Source: Octopus bimaculoides (lineage: Eukaryota). From it: a stretch of DNA of 64,000 nt. The stretch is taken from the NCBI RefSeq assembly GCF_001194135.2, contig NC_068997.1:38636586-38700585 (forward strand), in the 5' to 3' direction. Made by a program: the position numbers and the translations under genes. Below are positions 11,042 through 23,110 of the stretch, in pieces (within the stretch, counting starts at the first letter, position 1; each line of letters begins with the position of its first letter). Under the pieces are notes generated by a model. That model ran no database searches. It saw nothing but the letters and a program-made list of their open reading frames with translations, and was not told the DNA's origin.

Positions 11042-11401
11042 CCAAATGTTAGCACCAAGCAGTGTTTAGGCATAAGCAAAACATAAGTTAGTTAAAATAT
11101 GTTTGCGACATATTTCAACTGCCAAAAGGCAAATTCACTGCAGTTACTGTGGAGAAAATATTTCTCTTATGGTAAAAAGGTCTGAAAACACCCTATTTGT
11201 TCAGTGTTTCCATCTATCAGGAATCCCAGACATCAATGTTTCAAGCTACTTGGCTCTTATCAACAGGATGTACCTAAGTGAGGCAACTCTGAACAAATCT
11301 TGTAAAGCAATAGCTTTGTGTAAAATACAGTCAGCAATGTTAGTGTCAAGCAGTGTTTAGGCATAAGCAAAATTTAGGTTAGTTAAAATATGTTTGTGAC
11401 A

Positions 11402-11437
<36 letters not shown>

Positions 11438-11616
11438 CACACACACATGCACATGATGGGCTTCTTTCAGTTTCTGTCTACCAAATCCACTCACAATACT
11501 TTGGTTAGCCTGAGGCTATAGTAGAAGACACTTGTCCAAAGTGTCATGCAGTAGGACTAAACCTGAAACCATGTGTTTGGGTAGCAAACTTCTTACCACA
11601 CAGCCATGCCTATGCC
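10718..11616 (-). mobile_element. SINE family B (CORE-like head, central (AT)/(AC) microsatellite), interrupted by an insert at 11041-11401
   Basis: 3' part at 10718-10915 and 5' part at 11456-11616 match the intact copies at 37335-37690 and 47722-48112. Confidence 0.75.
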
Positions 11617-11917
11617 GACAATATCAAGTATTTTTATGTACAGGGGTGTTGAAGATGGTAAAAAATAATAGAACAGTGCAGTGGATTACTTGCAATATTT
11701 ACTTTCAGATCTCTTAATTTGATTTAGATTCTAAGAGTGTCAAGTTTACCATTCTTCGCACTCAAACCTCAATAAAATAAGAACCAGTACTATAGTGCAG
11801 TTGACCACACCTCCCCTCTACAGGATTTTTTCTTGCATCTCATAAAATACTCAGTATTTTTGTGGATTGTTACTTGATCAAATATGAAAATATTTTAAAT
11901 ATTAAGGTATTTTGGAA

Positions 11918-12130
11918 AGGTGGTGAGTTGGCAAAATCGTTAGCATGCTGGACAAGATGCTTAGAGACATTTCATCTGTCTTTACATTCTGAATTCAAAT
12001 TCTGCCAAGGTCAACTTTACCCTTCACCCTTTTTGAAGTCGATAAAATAAGTAGCTGTCAAGCGCTGGGCTTGATGTAATTGATTTAACCTCTCCCGCTA
12101 AATTTCAGGCCTTGTGGCTAGAGTAGAAAG
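11918..12130 (+). mobile_element. SINE family A, 'ctagagtagaaag' tail variant
   Basis: Family A head and body with an alternative 3' end shared with 32401-32608. Confidence 0.8.
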
Positions 12131-12456
12131 TGCTTTGGTATTTTTTGCAGAACCATTAAAAGTAATCGTGTTGGAAATTTAAATTGACCGAGTGAATTAA
12201 GACTTCATATATACAATTTATAAGTTTAGAATTACAATTTGTATTTTGATTTTTGATTTTAATCCTGATAAACATGATAATGATGGTTTTACTCTCCTTT
12301 AGTGTCAGTTTTGATCAAATGTAATGTTACAGTGCCAAAAGCCAAAATAACAAGATCAATTTGAGCTTAATTGTGCTTTTCTGTAAAATTATCTAATTTC
12401 TTTTTTTTAAATCCATAAATATCTGATATTTACAATTTCTTTTTCTTCTTTTTCAG

Positions 12457-12494
12457 GTCTCTTCTTCCCCCATGACAGCACTAGGAACTCCAAG
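12457..12494 (+). CDS. PRRC1: PRRC1 coding exon 3, 38-nt micro-exon (VSSSPMTALGTP)
   Basis: Long polypyrimidine tract + CAG|, donor AAG|GTAGGA; it supplies exactly the phase 0 to 2 shift needed between exons 2 and 4. Confidence 0.75.
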
Positions 12495-13176
12495 GTAGGA
12501 CCTTTGACAATTTTAATATGTGTTTATTTGCGTATTTTCTCTTAGTCGTTTTGTTGTTGTCAAATTTGTAAGTATATTTACAACTCTTGAGAGCACAAGT
12601 CCAGACACGTAATGTTTTATTTGAATATCTTGAAACATTTCCAAAGATTTTGCTTATCCTTGTGTTATCTTTCTTCATTTCACTTTGTGTTGCATATCGT
12701 AACAGTAGTTTACATTTGGTTGCAATTCCTTACTTGAGCACTCAGCAGATTGCACCACCATGATGAGGGATGACAGAGCTCTCTCTCATGCCTATTCTGT
12801 CAATTCTGGTGTGATTCAAAGTAGTATCCCTCACACTCTGTGCTATCATTCCACTAATAACAGTCACCTTTCAAACATTGCTACCTCTCATTTCTCCTTG
12901 ACCTTTGCACTCAAATATCATCCATATGCAACCTAAGCATCTCACATCAAACTTGAACTGACTCTTAGACTAGAAACCTCATAAACATCCTGTACTAAGG
13001 TCATGTCTATTTAGTCTCCTTCAACAGTACAATGACACAATCAATACAAATATCAAGAAAGCAACCTTGTAACTACCCTCCCTAGATTTAAACAACAGTG
13101 CTAGGTCTCAGGATTACTCCCTGGCAAATGCACATCCTCAACACTAACTTTTTTCTTTAAAGCCAGAAAATATTTT

Positions 13177-13523
13177 GCTTGCTTCATGTTCTTGCTTGAT
13201 AGGGCTGGGGTCCGACGCGGTCCACCAGTGCTCTCCATTGCTGGGGGTCCTGTGCCAACTCCTCTTCATCCTCCAAGAAGATATCGAGCCTCTGGAAAGC
13301 TTCCCCAATCACATCCAGCCAAACTTGTCTGCTGCAACTGCAGGGGCATCACACTCCTCTCCATCCTGGGCAAGCTCTTCATCAGGATCCTTGTCAGCCA
13401 TGCACTTTCTGTAATTAGAAGCAGACACTGCCCTCAACAAGCCAGGTTCATGCTGAATTGATTTATTGCTGATCATATTTTTGCCCTTTGTCTCATCATT
13501 GAAAAATCTTGGGAGTTCTGCAA
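13177..13523. mobile_element. RTE-type LINE insertion with a 5' inversion
   Basis: Minus-strand RT C-terminus (WLDVI...LAQDPQQWRALV) at 13177-13329 is joined to a plus-strand RT N-terminal part (CRGITLLSILGKLF...IIEKSWE); perfect 12-bp TSD agaaaatatttt at 13165-13176 and 13524-13535. Confidence 0.8.
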
Positions 13524-15099
13524 AGAAAATATTTTAGTTCCTGAAAAAAAAAAAGAAACTACTACTTCTCTACTATATTCAGATGTAACCACAGTCAAGT
13601 ACAGCTCTCACATCTAAATGGAGATACTGCTTCACACACTGACATCCTAAATTACATTGAGAGAAAAGTAATTTTACTACCATAAAGTCTCTCACCATTA
13701 CACTCCAACTTCTGGGCCACAAATGTGCTCTCTCTCATCTTTTCATTGTGACTAAAGTAGCCTTTGTTTATGGGAGCTGACTCATTTTGTACTGCTTTCA
13801 CTCAAGGCACATTTTTCTCTCCTTTCATCTCCCATACTGTGTGTGTGTGTGTGTTTCTCCCCCCAGGCTACAGTCCTTTCTCAAAACATCATTCCTCGTA
13901 AATTCCCACTCTGCATGTGTTTCTGCTGAAGCTGTTGACTTACAGTTGTTCAAGTGAAATATTAATCACAGTTGTCTCATGCGACTTAGAACATATGCAG
14001 ATGCTACCTCAATGTACCGACTTTCTTCCGGGACAAAACGAAGAAACAAAAAATAAAAAATCACTGATGCTAAGGGAGATAATTCAGGTTTCTCCTTTGG
14101 TTGCCAACATTGGGTAATATTTTTAATACAGAGGTCCGTCTACATGGTCCTTGCTAGAAATAGCAGAGAAATCTTCATCAAATCACATTTTGTTCAGAAT
14201 ATGAATTTTTCAAATATATTCTTTTATTTGTTTCAGTCATTTTGACTGCGGCCATGCTGGAGCACCGCTTTTAGTCGAACAAATCGACCCTAGGACTTAT
14301 TCTTTGTAAGCCTAAGAGAGCTTTTTTCATTGGATTAAGATTCTTCTTTCATAGCAACAATTAATTTCTTCAGTTTAATGGGCCTAAAAAAATATTTAAA
14401 AAAGATCTGCTCAATTAGGGTCACCTGGGATTGAATGTGAATACTTTCTTTTCTTTTGAATACCTTTTCTCAGTTTTTCGTTGCTACAATGCTACCAAGG
14501 GTGGGATGATTTTTGTTAGAGCAATTGTTTTTATTGTACTATATACCCCCTACACTAACCATTAAAGTATGAAGTACATGTAACTCAAACAGTGAAATAA
14601 GTTTTAGGCTACATGAAAAACTCGAAGGAGACAGAAACTGGATTAGTGGAAGGGAGGTAACAAGTATTTGTAGGGGAGGCAAGGGCTGCGATTATTGGAA
14701 GGGAGGTAACCTGTATTAGTACAATAAAACTGCTCTCTCAATCTAATAAATACCTGCTTTTTTGTGAGGGAAAAGGAGAGAGAACGAAAAACTCCATCAA
14801 AATAGGAGTCGGTGGCTTGTGTAATTGCATGAGATATTGTCTTGCAAACAGTGGAGAATGTTTTTACGATACTTTATGGTTGTAACCTATTTTGTTTTGT
14901 AATGGTTTAGGGACATTTTTAATGCCTTACAACTTGAATTTACTTTTTTACAATGTGTATTTTAGATAGAATTTTTTGTGGGGTGGGGGAGAGGTTGAGG
15001 TACATTTTCTTGCATTTTAAAATTTTAATTTAGGCTTAGATTTTATTGAATTAGGTTATGGTCATTTTGAGATTTCTTCATCATCATTAAAACCACCAC

Positions 15100-15335
15100 C
15101 AACAACACCACCACCAACAACACCACCACCATCACCATCATCATCATCACCATCACTATCATTTAACATCTATTTCCATGCTAGCATGGGGTGGATGTTT
15201 TGACAGGTGCTTGTAAGGCTGGGGGCTGCACCAGGCTCCATTGTTTGTTCTGGCATGGTTTCTATGGCTTGATGCCTTTCCTAACACATTCACTTTACAG
15301 TGTGTGCTGGGTGCTTTTTACATGGCACCAGCACC
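15100..15335 (-). mobile_element. RTE-type LINE 3' end with an expanded (ACC)/(ATC) tail
   Basis: Family 3' UTR motif follows the trinucleotide repeat. Confidence 0.7.
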
Positions 15336-16952
15336 AGTGCTTTATATTTCTAAAATTATCTTTTGATAAAAATATCTTGCTAAAACAACGAACAGAGTGC
15401 TCAACAAACCTCCATTCTGGCATAATTCAATTTAAAAAATTTATCCACAACAAAATCTGTCATTAAAGTGACATATTCCAAATAAACTATAAACTAGTTC
15501 AATAAAATTTCCAAGATAAATTCCTCAAATACATTCCAAAACAATTAAATTCCTCAAGCACATTCCAAAACAAATATTTCTCAGAGTAAGCAATCTTATT
15601 TTGATAAAATGAAATAAATACTTTTAAAATTTATTCCAAATAAACCCTATTGTAAGAAAGCAAACTTACATTGTAAGCCATCACTTGACAATTACACAAC
15701 ACAGTATTCTATTGCCAAAAAATGTTGGAAAAAATTCTTCATTGTTCTTTAAACAATATCTCATATCATCATATAAGCTACCTCTTCTCCTTTCATGTTT
15801 TTTATTTGTTTTTCTTTGACAGATCAACACAAATAAAGTTATGTATTAAATGGACTGATTTTGATTTAGTGCATGAAAATCTTTGAAAGAAGTGAAATGA
15901 GTGTACATTCATTGAGACCATCACTTTACCAAAATTATAAAGAAGACTACAGCTCATTTGTACATTCCATTTTTTTATGGTTTTTACAGCTAGCAGTCCT
16001 TCTTAACACTAAGTACTTTATAAAATATGCTGGTTGCATTTTAGCTTGTCAGGAAAATTGAGACAATCTAAGTTAGATCTACTACTTTGGTCTCACAATA
16101 GTGATTGTAGATGGCAAAATTTTTAACTACATAGTCATTGGATGTTTTATTTGTTAGTACAGGGCTTTTGCCTAGAAGTTGGCATATATATTGTGTTTAT
16201 TGGTCTTCATTGTTGCTCTTAAAAGTACATAAAATACTATAACATCATTGTCGAATTATGCAACCTATTTTCATGCTATGTTCTGAAAAATGCTCTATCT
16301 TGAATTCTTCTTCACTGACCAAATATAACCAAATATTTTATATTTCTTTTGATGCATATTTTGTTGGAATGGCAGAGTGAGGGGTTTCCATAGGGAAAAC
16401 TACTGAAAAACAGAAATAAGACTTTTTATTAGAATTCTAAATCATTTATTCTCTTTTAGTACCTTTACTGTCTTCAATATAATTGTTCATTTCTTTTATT
16501 CATGAAGAATACTCTTAATTATTTTTACCTTTTTAAAAAAAATTAAAATAAGACTGTATTTACTGGATTATCTAGAATTCTTCACTGTCTCTTGTTTTGG
16601 CAAACTTCAAAAGGAGGTTCACTCAATAAACAGTGGATGTGCAGGACTTCTGGTTCAGGTGATAAAGGTTATTTCTGAATAGAATATTTCACTGTACTTA
16701 CATAAAAAAAAAAGGTAGGGAAAAAGGACTCAAATAACTTATTAGTACTAGGTAACACTCTATACTTCACTATGCAAAGTTTAGTACATCACTGTAATGA
16801 TGTACTAAATTTTGTAGTTTCACTTTCTATTTCATCTTTCTAAGAGTGATAACATGTGTGTTGGTTAATTAATTGGCTGTATTTTCACCCTATGAATATA
16901 ATTATTATAAATAAAGAATATGTAAGACTTTTATGTGCATAATCTTTTTCAG

Positions 16953-17065
16953 CATGACTATGACTACCTCTTTGGTAACAGAAACCAATAAAATTGATAT
17001 GCCACTGTCCAGTTTAACTATATCTCAACCCCCATCTTCCATCCGAGACAAAAGTTTCCCATCAG
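16953..17065 (+). CDS. PRRC1: PRRC1 coding exon 4 (MTMTTSLV...SFPS)
   Basis: tttttcag| ... |GTGAGT; 113 nt, phase 2 to 1. Confidence 0.8.
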
Positions 17066-17091
17066 GTGAGTTAATATTTTAATTACAATTA

Positions 17092-17288
17092 AGATGGTGA
17101 GCTGGCAGAATTGTTAGCATGCTGGGCAAAATGCTTAGCAGCATTTCGTCCATCTTTACGGTCTGAGTTCAACTTTGTCTTTCATCCTTTCAAGGTCAAT
17201 AAAATAAGTACCAGTTGACCACTGAGGTGAATGTAATTGACTTATTCCCTCCCCTAAAATTTCTGGCCTTGTGCTAAAATTTGAAACC
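17092..17288 (+). mobile_element. SINE family A
   Basis: Family motifs; TSD aatattttaattaca. Confidence 0.85.
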
Positions 17289-17814
17289 AATATTTTAATT
17301 ACAGTTTACTTATATAGTCAAATGTATCCATTTCAACTATTATTGAATGAAACATATTTTATTAATGGTAGTCTTAAAGTAGTTTTAAACTATCTAATGC
17401 AAGAAAGGTTGTACATTTTTAATCAAAGGTAAAATATGTTGCTATTTGCAATAATTTGACTTTAACCTGGTTGTTCTGTCATACGTTCTATTTTGTTTAT
17501 GCCAGGTTAAAAAAAAAAAAGAAAATTTTAATATTTGAATATAGGTTAAGATGAATTGTATTGTTGATATTGCTTTCACAGTGTCTGATTGTTACTTGTG
17601 CTTGCTATGTAATGGACATTATTTCATTATATATCCTGTGAATTTTACTTATTAGCAGAGTAGCTATAGGTATAACTTTAATTACTCAGCCAAGCATGGA
17701 AATTCTACTTGCCACATTATTGCAGACTATTTGATTACAGGGTTTATTTTTATAGCTGAGTTCTATTCTGCGCTACTCTGGTCATTTGCTAATCCTGTCC
17801 ATTTCCAACATTAG

Positions 17815-17948
17815 ATCATGTAGAAACACCAATAATACCAAGAACTGAAACACCTACTGTCCCACAAGATACGACACAAACTCACAGCAGTTTGTTTGGT
17901 TGGTTTTCTGGTAGCAATTTTGTTTCCCGTGTTGTTGAGAAAACTAAG
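17815..17948 (+). CDS. PRRC1: PRRC1 coding exon 5 (DHVETP...SLFGWFSGSNFVSRVVEKTK)
   Basis: ttag| ... |GTAATT; phase 1 to 0; resembles the vertebrate segment LWGFIKG...VLDKTK. Confidence 0.9.
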
Positions 17949-18705
17949 GTAATTTCATGTGTGTATGTATTTTGTTTTGTTTTGTTTGTGGGAGGGTTCA
18001 GTCATTTTAAACCTTCTCAAAATAGGGATTTATACTATTTAGATGAATTAAGTGAAGAAGGTATTTAATTTGAATTGTTACAGATAATTACTAAGTGTTA
18101 GTAGTTGGTTGAATATATTGGTATAATGTTCCAGATAAATGTAATTCTGGGTATAAGTATTTTGTATAATGCTTGGTATGTGGAATACAATAACGCTAAC
18201 AAAAGATGCAAAACATGTGCAAGATGTGGAAAGATGTAAGAATAATCTAGTGTTAGTGGCATGTTTGAGTGTTGGATGAGATGCCTGGTAGTATCTGTTC
18301 CAGTTCTTTACATTCTGAATTCAAATTCCATCAAGGTGCTGATGGGTAGAATTAATCATCTAGCCTCAGGAATGCCTCATCCAACCTGCAGTTATTGAAG
18401 TGTGGACAGGTAGGCCTTCAACTAATATAAATAAGCCAGCAATGCCATGTTGAAGCTTTATCCATTGAGCATCAACAACAGCTAAAGAGAATGGGGAAAA
18501 AGATAGTCAAAATAATATTACATTATCTCAACTCTTAAAAATTATGGCAATCTTTTTAACTGCTGAAACTCATGGATATTTTTTTAACAATATGCATTTT
18601 AAAAATTCTGAATATTTTCTTAATTTGAAAGTATTTTTGATGCTGAGAAACAAAATTTATTTGATATATTTAGCATATTTATTATATATATGTTTCTTTC
18701 TACAG

Positions 18706-18760
18706 AGTTCAGTTGAAAGTGTGATTACAACTTTGGACCCTCAAATGAAAGAATATATAA
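18706..18760 (+). CDS. PRRC1: PRRC1 coding exon 6 (SSVESVITTLDPQMKEYI)
   Basis: tacag| ... |GTAAGT; near-identical to the PRRC1 motif SVESMITTLDPGM..YI. Confidence 0.95.
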
Positions 18761-18878
18761 GTAAGTATTCACTGAAAGTGTATCATGATTCAAGTTAGAA
18801 AATAGAGGTTTAATTATTCAGGAGTTATTAATGGTGTATGATTTTAGAAAAAATCTTGCAAAATGGATGTTTTTTGCT

Positions 18879-19108
18879 TTAACCCTTTCGTATTCAGATT
18901 ATTCTGTCAAATGTAATTCTTATTCATCCGCATTATTTTGGATTACTCATGCACTATCTCACTGCTTTGAGATTTTGATGATGTGACTATATTTTTTAGA
19001 CTAACATTGTATGGTATGTGTGAGAGTCTGGATCTGGCTGGTTTGAACATAAAACAAGTAGAATATCCAGATATAAACTGGATATGGCCAGTTTAAATGC
19101 TAAAGAAA
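18879..19108 (+). mobile_element. piggyBac-like MITE
   Basis: TTAA-CCCTTT start; same family as 21041 and 29276; right end degenerate. Confidence 0.7.
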
Positions 19109-19736
19109 TAAACATAAAGGAGAAGCCTGTTCCTGTGATGCATTCGTTTAATTTCTTGCTGCATAGATGTTGCACTACTATAACAAAGTGATAATATCTG
19201 AGAATTTTCACATCATTTAATTAAATCAAAGATAAACACTTTGCTATTATTGGTATCAGTAATTATGCATTGAATATAATATAAAATGGATAGAATGAAG
19301 AAAGTGATCCTACTTCACATCCTTTCCTAAAAGTAAGTGAACAGTATGTTAATCTAATCAGCCTGTAAGTTTTTATGTTGCACTGCATTTCTAAATTCTA
19401 CATGCTAATTTGGGGGAGAGGCAAGCATCTTAGTATTAACCACACTGAAAAACTCTAGAAAATGGCTGTAAGGATGGGGGACAAAAATATTATAATTAGG
19501 CTTACTAAGTTACAGATGAAGCAGTCTGGCATTTTGACTATAAAATATTTAATGTGTTTGATTTCATAGTAAATTAAAAAAACCCTCTCAAACAATGTTG
19601 GTCAAATATAGCTAAAAAAAAATGCTATATATGCTTTTATGTGGTGTAATTGGCAGTGAAATAATTAAACCTTGCATGCAACATCTGTTGTGTATTAGTT
19701 TGTTTAATTATTACAGTTTTTCTTTTTCTTCTTGAG

Positions 19737-19846
19737 AGAGTGGTGGTGACATTGATATTATTGTGGCTTCCACAAAAGAAGTGAAAATTGGACCTATTCG
19801 AGAAGCAATGCAACAAGCTTTTGGTCGGGCAACTGTTACTGGAAGA
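19737..19846 (+). CDS. PRRC1: PRRC1 coding exon 7 (KSGGDIDIIVASTKEVK...TVTGR)
   Basis: The frame requires the GAG| acceptor at 19734-19736; donor GTAAGC; matches KSGGELDIVVTSNKEVK. Confidence 0.92.
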
Positions 19847-20567
19847 GTAAGCATCACCTTGAACTAACTTTTTTTTAAAAGTCATTGATTTTGTTATTAA
19901 AATCAATGCATCTTTATTTCAATTTTTTTTTCAATTCTTTCATTTTTCAGTTAATAATGAACTTATTGCATACAGTGTTCATCAGAAAAAGTAACTAAAA
20001 CTGTATGAACAGTACATGAAATATGACAAAAATTGAACAGTGGATAATTTTGTTAAAAAAAAACTAAAAATGGGGTGGGGGTAATCAGGTATACACTGTT
20101 CTTGAATTTCAGGGAGCACAGAAGTTTTGAAGGATGTAATGTCTCAACATCTAACATGATGGAGGTGGTTTATTCCATGCTTCAGCAATTCAGTGTCTGA
20201 AAAAAATGTTTCTGAAAGTCATGGATACTGTGTTGTTTTTTGATTTTGTAAGTATGTCCATGAGTGTTAGACATATGGAATTCAAAAAGCTACCCAAGGT
20301 TGTTGTTGGGAAGACAGTGGATAATCTTGTGGATGTCTACCAAATCAGTTACCTGACATCGGAGTTTTAATGTGTTCACGTCTAGGGAAGTAAGATGTTC
20401 ACAGTTTGGTAGATGCCGGTTGGTGGGTATTCATCTGGTTGCATGTTTCTGAACAGTTTCCAGGAGATAATATCAATTATTTACATTTTTTTAACTTTTG
20501 TGTTGTGTTTCATCTCTGCTTTGGCAACTTTAATGAAGATTATGCTTTAGTAATGAGGTTTTAATAT

Positions 20568-20774
20568 TGGTTTCAAATTCCGGCATAAGGCCAGCAAATT
20601 TGGGGGAGGGGTTAAGTCTATTAGAGTGACTCCAGTGCTCAACTGGTATTTATTTAATCATCCTAGAAATGATGAAAGGCAAAGTTGGCCTCTGAAGAAT
20701 TTAAACTTAAAACATAAAGATGGATGAAATGCCATTTTGCTTGGCGTGCTAATGATTCTGTCAGCTCACTGCCT
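20568..20774 (-). mobile_element. SINE family A (minus strand)
   Basis: Reverse complement of the family; TSD taatgaggttt(t)aata. Confidence 0.85.
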
Positions 20775-21040
20775 TAATGAGGTTTAATACTGAAACCTGT
20801 CAGTGTTGTGCTGGAGTTGCCAAGAACTAAAAGTCATTTATTGACTAATAAGTGTTTCATTTTCCTTTTTTGTTTCTTTTATTCCATTGTTGCATAATTA
20901 TTTTTCGCATTAACTAAGCTTACAAAATTAAGTTCTTTAATTCTTATATACCCACCTTAATAGTCGAGTTTATACAATGTGGTCAGAGAGTTTTAAACTG
21001 TTTACAACATTGCAATCATCTTAGAAATGCTCTAAATATT

Positions 21041-21220
21041 TTAACCCTTTAGCATTCAGATTACACTGCCAAATGTAATGCTTATTTATTCACATTGTTT
21101 TGAATTAATCATGCATTACCTTGTGACTTCAAGACTTCAATGATGTCATTTATTTTAAGAAAGATATGTAGGTTAGGTGTGACAGGCTGGATACAGCCAG
21201 TTTAAATGTTAAAGGGTAAA
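21041..21220 (+). mobile_element. piggyBac-like MITE (internally shortened)
   Basis: TTAA-CCCTTTAGCATT ... AATGTTAAAGGG-TAAA. Confidence 0.75.
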
Positions 21221-21720
21221 ATGTATTTAGCACAAAGCTTTTTTTTTTTAACAATTTATCTAATTACAATAGTGTTGTAATTAGACTATTAGCTTTCTGC
21301 AAGTGTTAGCATTCAGTTACTTAATGGTATTTACTTCAAGCAATCTAGGTAACTTCTGTTCATACTTTAATGTTGAATATTAAAGAAACTGATTGAACAA
21401 TAATTCATGATAATGATTATATTCATTAGAAAATACCCTAATTATTTCTATTCTTTTTTTCTATAAAATAGTTTTATTTTGATATAATTCAAGGCTTGTT
21501 TCTCAAAATGATACTTCCTTGTTTTTGTTGAACCCAATGTACTATTAGTCTACATAATAACTATGTAGTTTCAGTAGTATTGACAACAATAAAGGAAAGG
21601 GCAAAAAACAAAAAAGCTGAAAGCAATAAAAGATCCAAATAGAAGTGCTTAGACGAAAGGAAACTGATCCAGAAAATTTTTTTGAATCTAAAATGTTTTC
21701 GATATGATAAAATTCATTAA

Positions 21721-21932
21721 GGTGGTGAGCTGGCAGAATCATTAGCATGGTGTGCCAAATGCTTAGCAGCATTTCATCCGTCTTCACATTCTGAGTTCAA
21801 AATCCACTGAGATTGGCTTTGCCTTTCATCCTTTTGGGGTCAATAAAATAAGTACCAGTTGAGCACTGGGGTTGACGTAATCGACTTATCTCCTTCCCCG
21901 AAATTGCTGGCCTTATGCCAGAATTTGAAATC
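21721..21932 (+). mobile_element. SINE family A
   Basis: Family motifs; degenerate TSD ata(t)gataaaattcattaa. Confidence 0.85.
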
Positions 21933-22197
21933 AATATAATAAAAATCATTAATTTTTTAAGAGGTTAATAGTCTAAAATATTATAGTCTTGTGGAGGAAG
22001 TGGAGGATAAATTTACCAAATTGTTTTCAAAGTATTCAAAAAAATCTTCATCAAACGCATCTACTCATGCACCCATGCAGAAGGATAGCTTTTTATAGGG
22101 CTGCAATATCAAATGAAATTCCAGAAACCTAATTGATTACTAACCAGTCATGTGACTTGAATCAAAGGCTTGGTAATCAAAGAGAAGAACTTATGAC

Positions 22198-22199
22198 AG

Positions 22200-22278
<79 letters not shown>

Positions 22279-22285
22279 ATATATA
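22198..22285. repeat. (AT)n microsatellite
   Basis: Direct reading. Similar (AT)n/(AC)n tracts occur at 10060-10135, 10982-11041, 32810-32900 and 58790-58880. Confidence 0.95.
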
Positions 22286-22414
22286 CACACATTTACATTT
22301 ACACATATTTTTTGTTAGAAACAGCAAAGTAATTGAGATCTGTTAAGATCACTAGAGAGGTTACATTTGAAACCTGTAATCAAATAATGACAGAATAATG
22401 ATTCAAATAGTAAT

Positions 22415-22628
22415 GTAGGTTTCAAATTTTAGCACAAGACCAGCAATTTCAGGGGAGGGCGTAAGTCAATTACACCCCAGTGCTGAACTGGTGCCTACTT
22501 TATTGACCCCGAAAGGATGAAAGGCAAAGTTGACCTTGGTGGAATTTGAACTCAGAACATAAAGATGGATGAAATGCTGCTAAGTATTTTACCTGGCATG
22601 CTAATGGTTCTGCCAGCTCGCCACCTAA
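22415..22628 (-). mobile_element. SINE family A (minus strand)
   Basis: 14-bp TSD attcaaatagtaat at 22401-22414 and 22629-22642. Confidence 0.88.
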
Positions 22629-22654
22629 ATTCAAATAGTAATATTGATATTCAG

Positions 22655-22858
22655 TGAGGCAGCAGAATTGTTAGCACACCAGGCAAATGCTTAGTGGTAT
22701 TTCACTCATATTTACATTCTGAGTTCAAATTTTGCCACAGTCAACCTTGCCTTTCAACCTTTCAGGGTTGATAAAATTAGTACCAGATGAACACTGAGGT
22801 TGATGTAATCAGCTTACCCCTCCCCTGAAATTGCTGGCCTTGTGTGAAAATTTGAAAC
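22655..22858 (+). mobile_element. SINE family A (plus strand)
   Basis: 16-bp TSD taatatt(g/a)atattcag at 22639-22654 and 22859-22874. Confidence 0.88.
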
Positions 22859-22952
22859 TAATATTAATATTCAGCTTATTGTGTTGGTGCATTTGTGTGT
22901 TATTTGGTTTTAAGTAATGAATGATGAAATTATTTCAATTATATTTCCTTAG

Positions 22953-23110
22953 GATAGTGAGACCAACACTGCTGCTCAACCTCTTGGCTATGCTGCTGCA
23001 CTTAGAGGAGCTCAGGAAAGAATATCTCGCTTACGTCAACAAGATGATATTAAAGAGAAGCAAGCAATTGTTGCAATTGAAGGCTTTATAGTAGAACTTC
23101 AAGTTGATGG
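22953..23110 (+). CDS. PRRC1: PRRC1 coding exon 8 (DSETNTAAQPLGYAAALRGAQERI...VAIEGFIVELQVDG)
   Basis: cttag| ... |GTAATG; matches AP-QPVGYAAGLKGAQERI; phase 0 to 2. Confidence 0.95.

Noticed and set aside
9877-11079. IYIYIY / VCVCV / MMMM / HTHT ORFs here and at 2430, 22133, 32731, 53281 and 58677
   Set aside because: Translations of microsatellites.
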